Below, one piece after another: positions 34,442-47,989 of a stretch of DNA of 64,000 nucleotides (the first letter of the stretch is position 1; each line of letters opens with the position of its first letter). Origin of the DNA: Eutreptiella sp. 'Long Island Sound 2002' (lineage: Eukaryota > Protista > Euglenida); assembly GCA_964036045.1 (NCBI GenBank), contig OZ038378.1, positions 58,032,001 to 58,096,000 on the forward strand, given 5' to 3'. The notes below the pieces were generated by a model. The model had not been told where the DNA came from. It ran no database searches and was given only the letters and a program-made list of their open reading frames with translations. Both the position numbers and the translations under genes were made by a program.

Positions 34442-35994
34442 ATGGAAACCGCCCTTGTGGGGAGCGTACCTCAGCTCAAGCCGTATACGGCCATCAAGGG
34501 TAAGGCACGAGCACAGCGGCGGCACCACGTACAGACCATCACGCGGGAACTTTTAGCGGATCCGGAAGCACTTGTCGTTGAGGGTGGTGGGGGATTGTAC
34601 ATCCATTTCGCCGGGCACGACGACGATGAGGACCATGCGCAATCGGACTATGGCCAAGCGGTAGGAGATTGAAGTTATCCATACGGCAGATGTCGGCCCT
34701 TCCGCGCGAATGCACATGTAGTCATCTTGCAGCACCGCACACAAGGTCAACACGATACTCCACCACAACCTACACTGTCAATGGCCCCAACATGATCGAG
34801 CTGCGGTGCGTGACAACAACACTTGAAGACCTGGTCTTCACGCAGCTCAAGATAGTTGAGACCCTAGGGGAGCTTCAAGTGGAAGCTGAGAAGATTGGGA
34901 TTTCAATATGCCCCGATGCACCGGCATTGTGGCACACATCCGTCACTCAGATCGATGTTTTTGTAAACCGCTGGGCCTAAGGGTTTTCTGCTGTGGGGGA
35001 CATCGATGAATGGCTGATTGGGGCGCGCATCGACAGCCCCGATGACGCCGCATAGCTGCGGGCCTTAGATGCGGATGCAGGCCTAAATGCCCCATGCATC
35101 CACCTACAAGAATATTGCACATTCCGTATGAAAAACCAAACGAAAAACTTTCAGTGTAAACGAACCGCGGACGGGACACTAATGATGGTGACGAACAAAG
35201 TGGGGAAATGTTCGCCGGGCTGCCTTCATGCGTCTAGGTTGCTTCCGATAGAGGACACGGTAAACAAAATTCAATTGGGGGCATTTTTGTGAAGTGTGTG
35301 TATTCAAGTTGGAGACTATGCACACGCAAGTTGTAGGGTAACCAATGCTTTCAAGAAGCGCCTAACAAAAACGATTACCCCCTTGACAGTGGGTGTTGTT
35401 GGAGTGTCGCGAATCGCCACTGATTTTGCGGATATATGGTCTACTCTTTTAGCGGATGTAAAGCATGTGGCTCCTGCTGACAGGCTTTCCCAAAGGACCA
35501 CTAAAGCGGGGCACTTTGACATTAGCACCTCTATGTTGTTCTTTAGAGACCCCAATTACCATGTTCGAATTTTCAATGGCTTCCGGCACCGCTTTCCAAA
35601 CACCATGTTTGGTGGCGTCCTCTTGTGCACATTGATTGAAGTGTTGCTGCGCAATATTCGTAGCCTATACGCCTTGTGGAGGCAAAAGACACCATTGACT
35701 AATGGTAAGGTGCAGGAGGCCAAGTCTCATTGCTGCAAAATCGGTGAGGCATGGCTCAAATTGGGTTGGAGGGCAACTCCATCGGTCCATTGGACAGTGG
35801 CCCATTGTGGAGTTGTGCTCCAAAAATATCGTAACGTTAACGTGTTCAGCAGTAGACCTGCTGAACATAGGCATAAGCCTTTCAAACTTGCTGTCAAAAA
35901 AACCATGCGTGGGCGGTGCCTTCGCCGCCCATGTGTTTCACGACGTGGTCTCACCCATGTGTTGAACATGGAGACCCTTGACGTGGGGTTATGA
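34442..35994 (+). pseudogene. Cassette B transposase, copy 2 (catalytic Glu intact)
   Basis: ICPDAPALW, TADGT, GDYAHASCR, HWTVAH (His 35788 and 35803), and GAA Glu at 35863-35865, exactly 20 codons after the second His. Confidence 0.8.
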
Positions 35995-37689
35995 CACCGA
36001 GCGGCCCGGCAAAGGCTTACCCTTGGGGAGGCCACAAGGGACTCAAGAAAAAGGCACGGCATGTACGCTTGAGAAACCAGATTTGCATTTGGTGGATGCA
36101 TTTGCCGCGCTTCTTGCAAAATGCCTTGGCGCAGAAACAACCCCGCCAAAAGGGTGCAGAAAGGGGGTTCTAGAGCACAAAGGGTGTGCAAAATGAGCAG
36201 AAAGGGGGTTCTAGCGCAGAAAGAGGGGTGCACAAAGGGTGCACAAAGGGTGCAGAAAGGGTGCAGAAACGGTGCTGAAACCCCCCTTGCAGCAAGAGGG
36301 GGTGTGTGTGGAAAATCCGGGAAAACGGACGGTTTCGGACAAAAGTGAAAATAAGCCACCAAAAGGGGCCTAAACATGTGGTGATTGGCCCCAAACCACT
36401 TTTCAACCACGCAAGGTGGTGAGGCTTGCGTAAACATGCAAAAACTGCGCTAGAAAGGGGGGGGGGGGGGTTCTTGCGCACACCTTCTAGCGGCGCACGC
36501 CACAACAAACACGAGCAGGTCGCCATCTCATCCTAATCCAAATTTTCGCTTTGCCATACATAGACCGGCCAGAAAATTGTCATGCTGCAGGTATTGCGCA
36601 GACCATGACCACCAAAAAAGCGCCAAAATTAGCCATCGTTACTAGTGTCACCACCCAAGACCACGGGACGCATCACCAAAAGTCGACAAGCACCAATGTT
36701 TCTATATGATATGACACCACACGGGGCACAGTACTGTCCAAACGAGGAGAGATCGGCGCCGGCGAAACCACGCCAGCGATAGCCACGACCAAACACACGG
36801 GTGTGCACGTCACCTGCCACGGCACAATGCACTGCATCACCGAGTACAAAGACAGACCGCCCGCACAAGCGCGCCCGTCCCCCCTTACACAGAAGCCCAG
36901 GCAGGGACACCCAACCACCCGGCTCACACAACATCAGGCCTAACTGCCTACAGTGGTCACCCGGGCCACCACTCTGCTCACATGAGCGTCCATTTCCAAA
37001 CCAAAATCAGTATGGTCCACCCGGCATCTTCTACAGATTCTGAACCAAAGGTATCCACGACACCCGCAGCGCCTAGGGGGCCACATGCCAATTTGTAACA
37101 GGTCATGCATGTTCAACAATGGTGATCCACTGAAATAGAACCTTACAAAGCCCACATTTTGGGCTCGCACGAAGCGGGATTGGTCTATGCCATGACAACT
37201 GTAGACCAGTGGCACTATCGCGCAAGTACCGTTATGACGTGCATTTTTACTACAAGGACGCCCCCCCCCCCCCACGGAAATGTGGCTGGAGGGCATACTA
37301 GACGTGCACATTCTCGAGTCACAGCAATGGTTCCTTCGTAAACAATTAGCAGAAATGTATGCCACATCCTCTGATGAGGAGAGCTGAATGTATTCTTTGT
37401 GCCCGTCTTGTATATTATGTTTAATTTTCTTTGGACCCACCTTTTGACCCATCTCGCGGGCTATTCCTCGCACGGGTGCAGTCAAGGTTTAGCCATAGCA
37501 TGACCGCTGAGTGTATCTTACACAAGGAAATGAAACCGAAAGCATGAGCGGGGAACACTCAGACACCCTGGTTCAACCTATGTGTAGATAGTCAACCGGA
37601 GGATTCGTGCTAATTGAGTGCACTTTCCTTGCATATATGCATTGTATGGTGACGGTAAAACAGGGTATGGCCGTTAGAAAATTTTCTTT

Positions 37690-40600
37690 GCCTCGCTGTA
37701 CGTGGTATCGTTGAACTGTGCGTACCACATGCGGTATGAGTCTACCCAGATACATTTGGATGGTGTGCCTCCGTCACCCGCATGCATGGCTGCTAGGTTG
37801 TCCGAAATGGCAACTTTGATTCGGCTTGGATTGATTTTGAAGCGGTGGATGAGCATCTTGTTGAGGACTTTATCGCACCATTCGGCTATCCCGCCGCCTC
37901 CTTTGCATCTTACTGCGGAGCTGGCTTTTATGGCTACTCGATTGCTCTCGATCAAAACTGCGGACCATGCATGGTCATCGTTCTCTTTTGATCTGTCTGA
38001 CATGATGATTAGGTATCCTTCGGGAGTGTGCAGAACTTCGATTCAGATGGGGCATTCTGTGAGGTTTGCCGGGAGGTAGAAGGAGACGTCATGCTGAGCC
38101 ATCCATTGTTGGGCATTGAACCAGTTTGGACGGGGTGGGGGGTGCTGGGCTTGAGGTACAGCATGATCGTTCTTGCGGTCTCCCTAGTGTACGTGCTTTT
38201 GCTGTTGCAAGAAAGGAAGAGGCTTTCCATAGGCGGGACAATACGTGGGGGATTGCAAATCTGATGTCATCGAGGCCTGCCCATAGCATCTTACTCGGGG
38301 TGCGCATAGTGATGCATAGCGCTTTGAAGGCTGTTTTCTTCATTTATTGTGCTTGTACCCATTCGGCTTGCATTGGGATCGCCGAGGGCACGTAGTCTAC
38401 CACGGACAGTGTGTACGTGATCACGATGCGCAACATGAATACAAAGGAGGGTTGCGGTTGTGCGTGATTTCCTTGCAAGATACAGAGGCTTTTTACGAAC
38501 TTCAAAGTGGGTTCTTTGGGGATCTCTCCTCGGATGAGGGGGATGCCGCTCATCTTCAGGTCAAATTTCTAGAGGGTGAACATGTCTTGCATTGTCTCCA
38601 CTTCGCCATCAACATATTGCAGTCTGCCATTTTTTGGTTCTGCTCCGTACATTTTTACGTTCTTGCACTGCGATGATCCTCCTGTTGACCAACACCCGTG
38701 GCTTAATGTGTTCTACATGTGAGCCATGTGTTGAGGATGCATGGTCCCAAAACCTTTGCCATCATCGCTGTATACGATTTCAAGCAGTTTTACACTTGGG
38801 TCCCATGGGCTAGCTAGACTTTCGTACGTGTGGCGCTCGGCCCGGGGTGAGAGGTCTAGTGGATTCTTGTGTTGTAGAAGTACTCCTTGGTTAAATGTGG
38901 TGCAAACACACGTTGTGGTGGCGTACTAGCCAACTCGCATACAGTTGCCTTGGGATCCTCAAGCATTCCCAAGCACTATACAGCGGAAGACCGGACGTAG
39001 CCCTGGATCACGAACACATTAACAGAGGCATGGAAATCAGCCTTTACCCCCGTGAAGACAAGCCACAATTTCTCACTCACATGCTGCGATTGCAGCGAGA
39101 ACACAAGAACTTTCCCCTGGAAGACCCTGCCGGCAAGAGTTCTGCTTTCCACGAGCTTGCCGACTTAGTACGGCGATCATCCTCCGAGGCCACATCGCCG
39201 GAGCAACTTCCCCATGCCTTTGCGAGCCGCCTGGATGGATTTAGCATCTACCTGTTTACCTCCCTCCTGCAAGCCTTTGCCCAGGGTGGCAATGACCGCT
39301 GCTCTGTGCAGTACTCCAACTGTGCCTAATCAAGAAACAACCGAATTGGCTCATCCCCAACCGTGACCCCATCCTCTTAGAACGGTACATACGCTGGCTA
39401 GAGTCCAGCAACGTCCTCCTTCGCCAACAACAACGCTCATAATGGACAGCCCTGGTTGCCCACAATCACTACACCTACGGAAAGTAGCCGGCGCAACAGA
39501 TGCCTGCGATCACATGCCGATGGCTGGTAGGTGGTTGGCCCACTACTATGGCAAAGTATTCATCATTAATTGTGACAAAAGTAATGCATGCTGCAACACC
39601 ATCAGAAACAACATGGACAGCCTCTTCCCATCCGACCGACACCACACAGAAGAATGGGCAGAGAGGTTCTCCAATTCCTTTGAAACATACGTGGTATCCC
39701 CATACGAAATGGCCGGTCCATACACAATGCGTCATGCAGAGCATCTCCTCCGGAAACCCAGTCTTTTCCTTGGGGAAGTGTTTTCCATAAGTGCTGATCT
39801 CATCCAAGACCTGGAATGTGTTCTTTTTAAATTTTACGACGAGGGTTGTGGCCTATGCGAAGAGACTCATTTAAGCTTTTCAAGAGGGAAATGGAATTTC
39901 GCCGCCATGGTCTTGTTGTTTCTATTCTCCCAGTAACGGGCGAGGTCCGCGGAGCGTCTTCCGCTTTGGGATCGTAGGAATGCTGGCAGGGCTTTGGCAT
40001 CCGCTAATGAGAGTGACATTTTGGATAAACGGCGGGGTATGATGGTGTCCATGGCTGTGAAGTATGGGTGCATGACGGCTGCGGGGTTCCATTCGGTAAC
40101 GTGGGCCCATGCTAAGAGCATGGAGCATGCCTTCGCCACTTCTTGGACTTCTTCTTGGCCCTGCTGACGAAAGTGGTATCTTTGGTTGTAGAGATTTGTG
40201 CGTCTCATCTCCTCACAGTCTATGACGAAGGTGAGTACTAAGGCGCGGTAGTTGTTCTGTGGTGCACGCCCCGCACGGGGTGCTGCTGTTCAGGAAGAAC
40301 CAATTGATCTCCATCATGGGAGCTCCTGTCTTGGTGAGTAGTGGATTCGTTCGCCGGGCTGTGGTGTGTGGGCAGTGTTATTCCTTCCGACACTTGCTGA
40401 GCGTATGTTTGAGCCATACTTTGTAGCTGCGTTCCACGTTGTTGTTGAGATCTCCTCGAACGAGGGAGACCGTTGCGCGGGTGTTCGAAAGGAATTTTGC
40501 CACAGCGACCTAGATCTCTGCTGTGGTATCTGGGTGGATTTTCGGGGCAAAGTGTATTGTGGCACCGTAAGAGAGTCAGAGGTGCCTAGGTTGATGTGCT

Positions 40601-41450
40601 CTTTGGCTTCTATTTTCCATCTCAACGTGAATGTGCGGTGCGTGTGCACGAGGATGATCAGGCCTCCTCCCTGAAAGGGTAGCAATGCAATGTGCTGATA
40701 GGGTAGTCCGTTTAGCCATCCTTGTGGCAGGAGTGCCCACCTTTCCAGGAGGCAAGCTGCATCTAGAAATCGTAGCATGAGGAAACAGGAGGTTTGATGC
40801 AGCTTTTTCTCAAGGCTACCACAATTGATGCCCAATGACTGTGAGTGTAGCCCACCTGGGTGTTACGGGGTGGGCATGCCGAGCGGGCGTCTGATTGTAT
40901 TCATTCTGCATCTCGGCGTAGAGCCGTATCGTTTGTGGGTGGATGTCATTCGTTGCTGGGGTTCTTGCTGCCGTGTTCGGGAATTTTCATTAGAGTTGGA
41001 AGGGGCCTGTGAATACGGTGCAGGCTGAGGCCATTTGTGCGGTTATTGGTGATTCCTTCCGTAGGTGCCAGGAAGCTGGGATTCTGTGCTTGATGAATGT
41101 GGTAGAGAGGGATGAGTGTGCTGTCATGGAGTAGCCCGACACCTTGCCACATTGATGATAGGAGGGACCACCGATCCAAATAACCCTTCTCTGTGGTTCG
41201 CAGCTCCTAGTGCTCAGAGCATGATAGCCCTAAGATTCGTACTGAGAGCAGTACTGAGTTATGTTGTGGTGGCCTGCTTGAGGTCGAATGACACGCTTGC
41301 AGGAGATCAACAGTGCATTGTGGAGGGATACTATTGGGTTGGAGGGTGTGTACGCTTTCTTGTGCTTGTGCGCTGATTCAACACAGGCTTGGACCCGTTT
41401 TGATGAGTGTATGTGTCATAGACCCCCCCCACTCCACCCCCACTTTGGTG
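37690..41450 (-). mobile_element. Non-LTR retrotransposon (APE-RT-RNase H), copy 1, with internal inversion 38901-39738
   Basis: APE: GINCGSL, DAAxLxE, GGGLIILV, GDLN (40455-40444), STH. RT N-half on + strand (LIKKQPNWLIPNRDPI, INCDKSNA). YSDD on - strand (38772-38761). RNase H-like SDxSK, AEW, ISDNLAAM, WVDSY at 38003-37740. Confidence 0.8.
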
Positions 41451-41494
41451 TCCCTTGGATGGGACACATGCATGAATCTTTTTGTTCTAATTTT

Positions 41495-43640
41495 GTTCTA
41501 GGCTAGAACGTTCTAGCGACGTTCTAGCGAACAAGCTAGATGGGCGCTAGGTTGGCGCTAGCACATTTTTTTTGTTTTTGGTTTGAGCTCAAAAATGTGT
41601 TTTTCTGACAAATAAGATTTGGACCCCGTAGTATGCTCCGGGGCCCCCAAGTTCCAACATTGATATCAGCGAGTTCCCCCACCCACGGGTTGGGGTAAAC
41701 CCCGCTTTTTTTCCGTTGTAGCCTTCTAGCGCCATCTAGGCTAGAACGAAATTGGGTCTTCTAGTGTATTCCTAGGGCATCATATCTAAAGCATGATCCC
41801 TTGCTCGAGGATGCGCCGGAACTCTTGTCCAAAGACCATCACAAACCGTCATATGCAAGCACAAAATGTTGTATAACTGCCACACATAATAAGGATAGAA
41901 GATGCTGCTGCACCGACACTACCTTATGTTCCATACCCTGCCTCCCGTACACTCGGCAACGGCAGCCGTGAACACCTCGCACAATCTCACCCCCCTTCCG
42001 CCACTACCGAATATAGCAGATTTGGTCATCACCTCCCATGTACGCATCACGCCTCCACACAACATAGGTTCGGATGGCACAGTATGCCAAATTGTGTGTG
42101 CGGGGGGGGGGGGGGGGGGCACATATGCATATGCATGCAGCAAGTCTAGTGAGGGGCACAATGAATCACCCAAGTGGGGCGGTGGGCAAGGGAGGAGGGA
42201 TGGTGACAAGGGGGGGCGTGTACACTAGACAACGCCACACCATAGGCACACACAGCAGGGAGGAGGGAAGGAGTAACACACATACCTCTTGGTGTTTATG
42301 TGTACGCACCTATTGAGATTCATCAAGTGCAAAAAAAAAGCATGCCATCAAGGTTGTATGCTTTGTCCCCCCTCCTCCCAGTTTATGGAATCGCCCCCCG
42401 CCCTGTGTGCAGTGGTACTTGGCTTGTTGGTTTGTTGGCTTGGTCTTCGGGGTGCTTGGTTGGTTGTTGTTTGATTGGTTTGTAGCCTGCCGAGTTCGGC
42501 TGCCTGGTTGGTTGTAGGTACGTAGGTTGGTTGGTTGGTTGGTTCGTTGGTTTGTTGGTTGGTGGCTCGTTGCTGGGGTGCACCTGTGTGTGCACAGGTG
42601 CTGTAGAACGCCACGTGTTGGGTGGGATGTATGTGTGTGTGTTGCTTGGACACACGCTGTGTGGTCTTGTTGCATAGTGTGTCTGTGTGGAAGCATGTTT
42701 GTGCAGCCATTGCAAAGGTTTAGGGGGGGGCAGTGCACATTTCATTTTGGCGTTCCCGCGGCGTTCTAGCGGCGCTGCTTGGCTTGCTAGAGCGCCGCTA
42801 GAGCAGCTCGCTAGAACGCTGCTAGAATGCCAAAACAAAACGTGTCCGGCCCCGAGAAAGGCCTTTGCAATGGCTGCACATGCATGCTTACACACAAACA
42901 CACTATGCAACGACCCCACACATCATGTGTCCAGGCAACACACACACATACACCCCAGCAACAAGCCAACAACAACCCAACCATCCACCAAGCCAACCAA
43001 CCAACCAACAAACGAACGTGCCAAACTCAAGTGCCCGCGAGCCAATCAACCACCAACCAACCAATCAACCCCACACACGAACAGCCAACAAAGGAATACT
43101 GCAGGTTGCAATGCACGTAGGGTGGGGGGTATCCATAGCCTAGAGGCGGGGGGACAAAGCATACTACAGGTAAACACACACCGCCCGGTAAAGGAAATTG
43201 ATACCCTCCATAACCTTAAGCACAACAAGCAAGGTAGCGCAAGAACCAAGACCACAACATGCAAGCGGGGGGGGGGGGGCTGATAGCTCAACACCCAAGG
43301 GGTGTTTGTGCGGAGCTTGTGTGTGGCCTCTTACCACTCCCTCTCCACCCTTGACATCTTATGTTGTGTGTTGTGTTGTGTGTATGCCTATGCCAACCTT
43401 TGTGTGTGTGTGGTGGTGGTGGGCGGGGCACATATGTGTATGCATGCCTCAAGTCTAGTGGTTTTTATGAGTGTATGTGTCATGCACCTGCCCCCCTGCC
43501 CAACTGATTTGTTATTGGTGTTCTACGAATTCTACCTCTCTAGGGTAGAAGAAATGGTGTTCTAGGCAGAACGCTGTAGCGCGTTCCACGCTAGAACGAA
43601 ATCAGGTTTTGTAGCGTGTTCCTACGTGAACAGTTGTTGG
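41495..43640. mobile_element. Non-coding foldback element F with GCTAGAAC/GTTCTAGC motif clusters and (TTGG)n/(CCAA)n arms, copy 1
   Basis: Perfect palindrome GCTAGAACGTTCTAGC at 41502-41517. Imperfect inverted arms at about 42355-42720 and 42862-43170 around a CTAG-rich centre. Confidence 0.6.
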
Positions 43641-43699
43641 ACCAATTTTGCAGCTCAGTGAGTACGCTGGAGACCGTGTGTCTGTTCGATGTTCCTTTT

Positions 43700-45229
43700 T
43701 TTAGGAGACTATCAAGGATTGCTATTCAGAGGGCGGCCCAGGAGGTGGCTTCGCAGGGGGAGTATGACGGGTAGTTATTTGTGCCCCATGGAGCACTCCT
43801 CGGGCCGCACGAATGGACATCGAGGAGCCTGTTACCTTCGATTCGGGCAGTTCTTCTTGTTTGTCAGGGGCTGCTTTGTCTGCCCTAGGTGGCTGATGGT
43901 TGGGAAGTGCGTTCTGCACCATGGGAACCTCTAGGGCTGAGCCGGAAGAGCCTGAGTACCGTACACATGAGGAAAGTATGACGCCCGGGATGAGTTGATG
44001 AGATCGCTTGAGAGGTTAGGGTAGGCATGTGCAGCATCGGGTTGTGCATTGGACATTGGTAAGGGGGCATCATAGGAGGCATCATAGGCATCAAAATTGG
44101 TTGTAGCGTCATGGGTTGCGTGGGTGTCTGAATATCCGCGAGCGTTGGAGGAGGCGGTGGGTGGGGCATTGGTTGAGCCGTATTCTCTATCCTCCTCCTC
44201 TTGGCTGAATTGAGGGGCTCGTAGGGTTGACCTTTCATGTGCTTCAAGTGGATACCCATGAACTTGATGTCCCGCGTTGGGATCCATGCTGTGTCTTTTC
44301 CTTCGGACACTACATGCCAGTTTGCAGGGTTGACATCGTTGATGAGCCAGAAGTTCATTTTCACAGCGCTGCGAGATAGGCCTGTGTTTGGGCCACATCT
44401 TTGATGGATCGCTTCCTCCGGGTTCTTTAATGGTGCATGTTTCGGCGTAGTGAGCATGAGCGTCAACCGTAGACCTTGCGCCTGCATTTCCCTTCCGTTC
44501 TGTGCCGGTGGGGCCTGTGGTACAGGGAAGGGCAAGAGTGAGGTTTTGTGCTCTTGCGGTCTCTAGTGGAGGTACTAACATTGATTCGTTTGAGGTGTTC
44601 ATTGGGGTTGACGGTAGGCGATGTTTGTGAGGGGAGGTGCATTGGGGGTGGTGTTTAGCGATGTGTAGCTGTAGATGGTGTTTTGGTGTTTGTAGCTGTG
44701 TTTTAGTTGCTGTGGGTGGTTGACTGGGCATGGGAGCATTATGTTCTTCTGCGAGCACCCATTGATTGATCAAGTCCGGGGTTTTGGTGAATGACTCGGC
44801 TCCGAGGGATTTGAGTTCTTCTCTGACGATGCGAAAGTTTTCAGGACCCGGGGTGGTTGTCACGTTACGGATGAATGCATTACACCATTGCGCCGCGTTC
44901 TGTACTGAGATGAGCTGGCGGCGGGGGCTTTCGTCGGAATGCGAAAGAGAGGGTGGTGGCCGACGTGGCCCTATTTTGCCTCCTTTAGTATGGATTGCCT
45001 CATTGATGGACATGAGTTCGCCCAATGGTTTCTTGGCATGCGGAGTGCCTTGGTTGCCGTGCGACAACATGTATTTCAACGAGTCTTGGAGGGCCTTGGA
45101 TGCAGCAGTTATATCCGTTGCGGGGGCGCACACGTCTGCCTTGAGCAGCGTGCCTATCTGTCTCCTTTGGTTTACTTCGAATAAGAAATTCTGGGCTTTA
45201 GCTCCAGCCTTGATCTGGTGGAATCTCAT
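43700..45229 (-). pseudogene. Long ORF upstream of the LINE (possible ORF1/gag-like), Pro/Met-rich tail
   Basis: ORFs 43931-45229 and 43885-44535 (frameshift). Same strand as the APE and duplicated at 59.8-61.3 kb. No diagnostic motif. Confidence 0.35.
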
Positions 45230-46087
45230 TGTCTGGCAGCCAGTTGGCAGTCACAGTCGTCGAGTTCGTTGCACTTGTTAGCAACTTGTCATACAAACTC
45301 TTAATTTTGAGCATAGGAGTTGATTGGGTGGGGACGATGTGGCTAGAGCGGCGAGATCGGTTGGTACGGCGGGGTTCCTTGGGGGAGGGATGCGAGGAGG
45401 TAGCGTGTGGTGCCCACTGTGCCGGTCGGGACTGTCGGGTTCAGGATGTTGGACCATGAGATGCAAGTCTTCGGTGGGGAACGTGGGAGGAAACGAGTGC
45501 GACGGGAGCTGAGGGGTCCGTGAAGGCGAGCGGTTCCTGTTTGTAGTAGTGTAGTGCGGAGATGCGCCGGCATTGTTGAATCGGCTGAATGTGGGGTGGA
45601 CACACTTGGTTTTACTGTCATTCTGGCGATAGCAACAGATGCTTTGAGTGAGTGGTCCAGCATCGCTTGATTGTTCGGTTTGCTTGCATGGAATTATGGG
45701 TATGGGATGCGGTGTTCCAAATCATCATGCGGAACCCCTAGTTGGAGCACAATTTCTAGAACACCCGTCAAGCCCTATTTCTGGTGCAACCACCCAACAA
45801 AACGGATTCGGCACCCTCATAAACCCCCCATCCCATCTCGTTTCCCAAGGTATCCTCATTATGGCAGTGTTTTTCCAGGGGGGGGGGGGGGGCAAGGTAC
45901 ACTTTTGAGTCAGAGCAGAGTTAGAGCACCTTGCACTAACTAGTTAGAGCAAAGTTAGAGCACTACTTATCACGCGATAACTTAGTTATCGCGTAGTTAT
46001 CGCGGGTAGTCATCGCGCACCCCATCCCCACTCCTCAATGGAACAAACAACGCAAAACACTTGGCACAAAGCATTGTTTGTGTTTGT

Positions 46088-47748
46088 TCACACAAAGTCA
46101 TGAATGTTTGACGCCTTCTCTGCCTCAAGTCCCAAAAGCCCTTGCTCACGGTCCGTCAGACTCCTGCAATGGTGCATATGTTGCACCGACAAACTTCGTG
46201 TCACCAAAGACCAACCCTGGAAGCAATTTTGGAGCCTTCTCTTGTAACTGTAACGTGTAAGGCCCATGTTTGTATTTTGTGGGGATGGAGGATAATTGAA
46301 AAATGTTTCTCCACTTCTTCGCAAAAAAAGTAGAATGTGCCAAGCACCAGTGAATCCCCCTAGTCGGGGACCAACGTGAATCTCCCCAAGCTTTGGAAAA
46401 TTTTGTGGTAGCCACACGATGGTGTTCCGATGGGTTACAGTGTAAACACCCGTCACCCTCCAAAGGTCATACAAACCCTCAATGCATTTTACCATGACAT
46501 GCACGACAACCCACAATGGAGGTCCACTAGGGGTCCTCACTAAGGGCACATGCTCTTTGAGGCAATCCACAAATTTGTCTTTGGAAGGGGGGGGGCGTGA
46601 GGAACGCTTTTGTGCTCGTAAGATCAAAGTCGTTTTCCTTCACCCTTGAGGCCTAGGGGCGATGTTCCCTCGTAGGAATGCCGGAGGTCTCATCCCTGAG
46701 TGCCCGTTTGAAGGCGTGCTAAGCTGCAATAGCTTGGGTTTTACCCGGGGTTCCGGGGGTAAGGCGTGAAGGGTGGTCTTAGTGCGTTTTGCAATGCCAT
46801 TTAGGATTCGGCATGCAGCATGTTCGTAGTTACCGGTCCACGTGGTTGGGCTGATGCTTCTCAAAACTGCCTGCCATCTGGAGGTGGACCCCACCTCCTT
46901 TTCCTCAACAATACCATTGGGATCCCTGCACAACCAACACTTACAGCTAGCCCCACCCATTGTTTGCATCCCTTTTCCATCCCCAGGCAAAATAACAATG
47001 CAAGTCAAAAATTGGTTTCGACATTGTAGGATTGCCTCCTCGACATCCTTCACCTCTTGGTGGTGGTTTGCGGAGACATCAATGCTTCTTAAAAAAGCTT
47101 GTTAATCCCCCCCATCCATGCAAAACCATGAGGACCATAGCTTCACTTTGGATGCAAACTTCAACCCCCCCCCCCCCCCGTACATTGACCCATACATCTA
47201 CACGGTTCAAGGATGCCTTCCAACGGGAAGTTGCAAACGGAGAAATTACCAGAAGGGCAACGCCGCTATGGGGGGGGGTCCCAATAACCCGACCCATGCA
47301 AAGTACAAAATTGACAATAGATTGTAAAGGGACATTGGCAGCTGCCCTATTGTGGCCCGTGGAGGACTTTACAATAGTTGCTTGGGGAAAGTATCGCAAT
47401 ACCCGTTTCCGAACGGTCCTTAGGTCCGGTTGGGTACAAGGTCGTGGCATGGGCAAAACAGCCCGCTAAAAATGCATGCGACATGCCATGCGTAGCATGC
47501 TGAAGGCCTCATGCTCAGCTGCAAGTGCAAGATGGGGAAGAGAGGGCAGTGGAGGCCCCACCACTTAAACAAACTTCTTCCTTGGTGTTGGTGACACATA
47601 TGAATTTGGGATCACCCAGAAGAACTCAAACCAACATCTGAAGCACCGTTAACCACCGCCGGCGGGCCTTGGGGGATTGCAACTCTGTGTAGCGCCACAT
47701 GTAAACTTGGTATACAACGCTTAGGGCATCATTCATAGAAGTGTCCAC
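46088..47748 (-). pseudogene. Family A transposase M2, copy 3
   Basis: ILPGDGKGMQTMGGASCKCWLC, GNYEHAACR, IHWCLAHSTFFAKKWRNIFQLSSIPTKYKH. Confidence 0.75.
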
Positions 47749-47989
47749 GCGGAACAGGATGCTGTGCATGGGAAATGAGGGATGGATGTGATGCAGGTGC
47801 CCAAAAAACACACACGATAACCAACACAAGAACTTGTGCTCTAACTAGGTATCGTGCGCTAATCCCTGTAATGATCCCCGCGATAGCTTAGTTAGAGCGC
47901 GATAACCCCCAGCGATAACTAGTCAGAGCACCCAGTTAGAGCGCGATAACTGCCGCGATAAGCAGTTAGAGCATGGGTTAGTGCGCACT

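Larger units (their letters stand above)
30015..36485 (+). mobile_element. Family C-D-B copy 2
   Basis: Colinear with 3.77-12.1 kb but lacks the 7.2-9.5 kb segment. Confidence 0.85.

Noticed and set aside
36550-37690. 3' continuation of LINE copy 1
   Set aside because: It does not match the longer 3' end of copy 2 (52.5-53.4 kb) and no motif was recognised.
42310-43300. QPTN/LVGW-repeat ORFs (also 58.4-59.5 kb)
   Set aside because: They are translations of TTGG/CCAA microsatellite arms, and frames are not conserved between copies.
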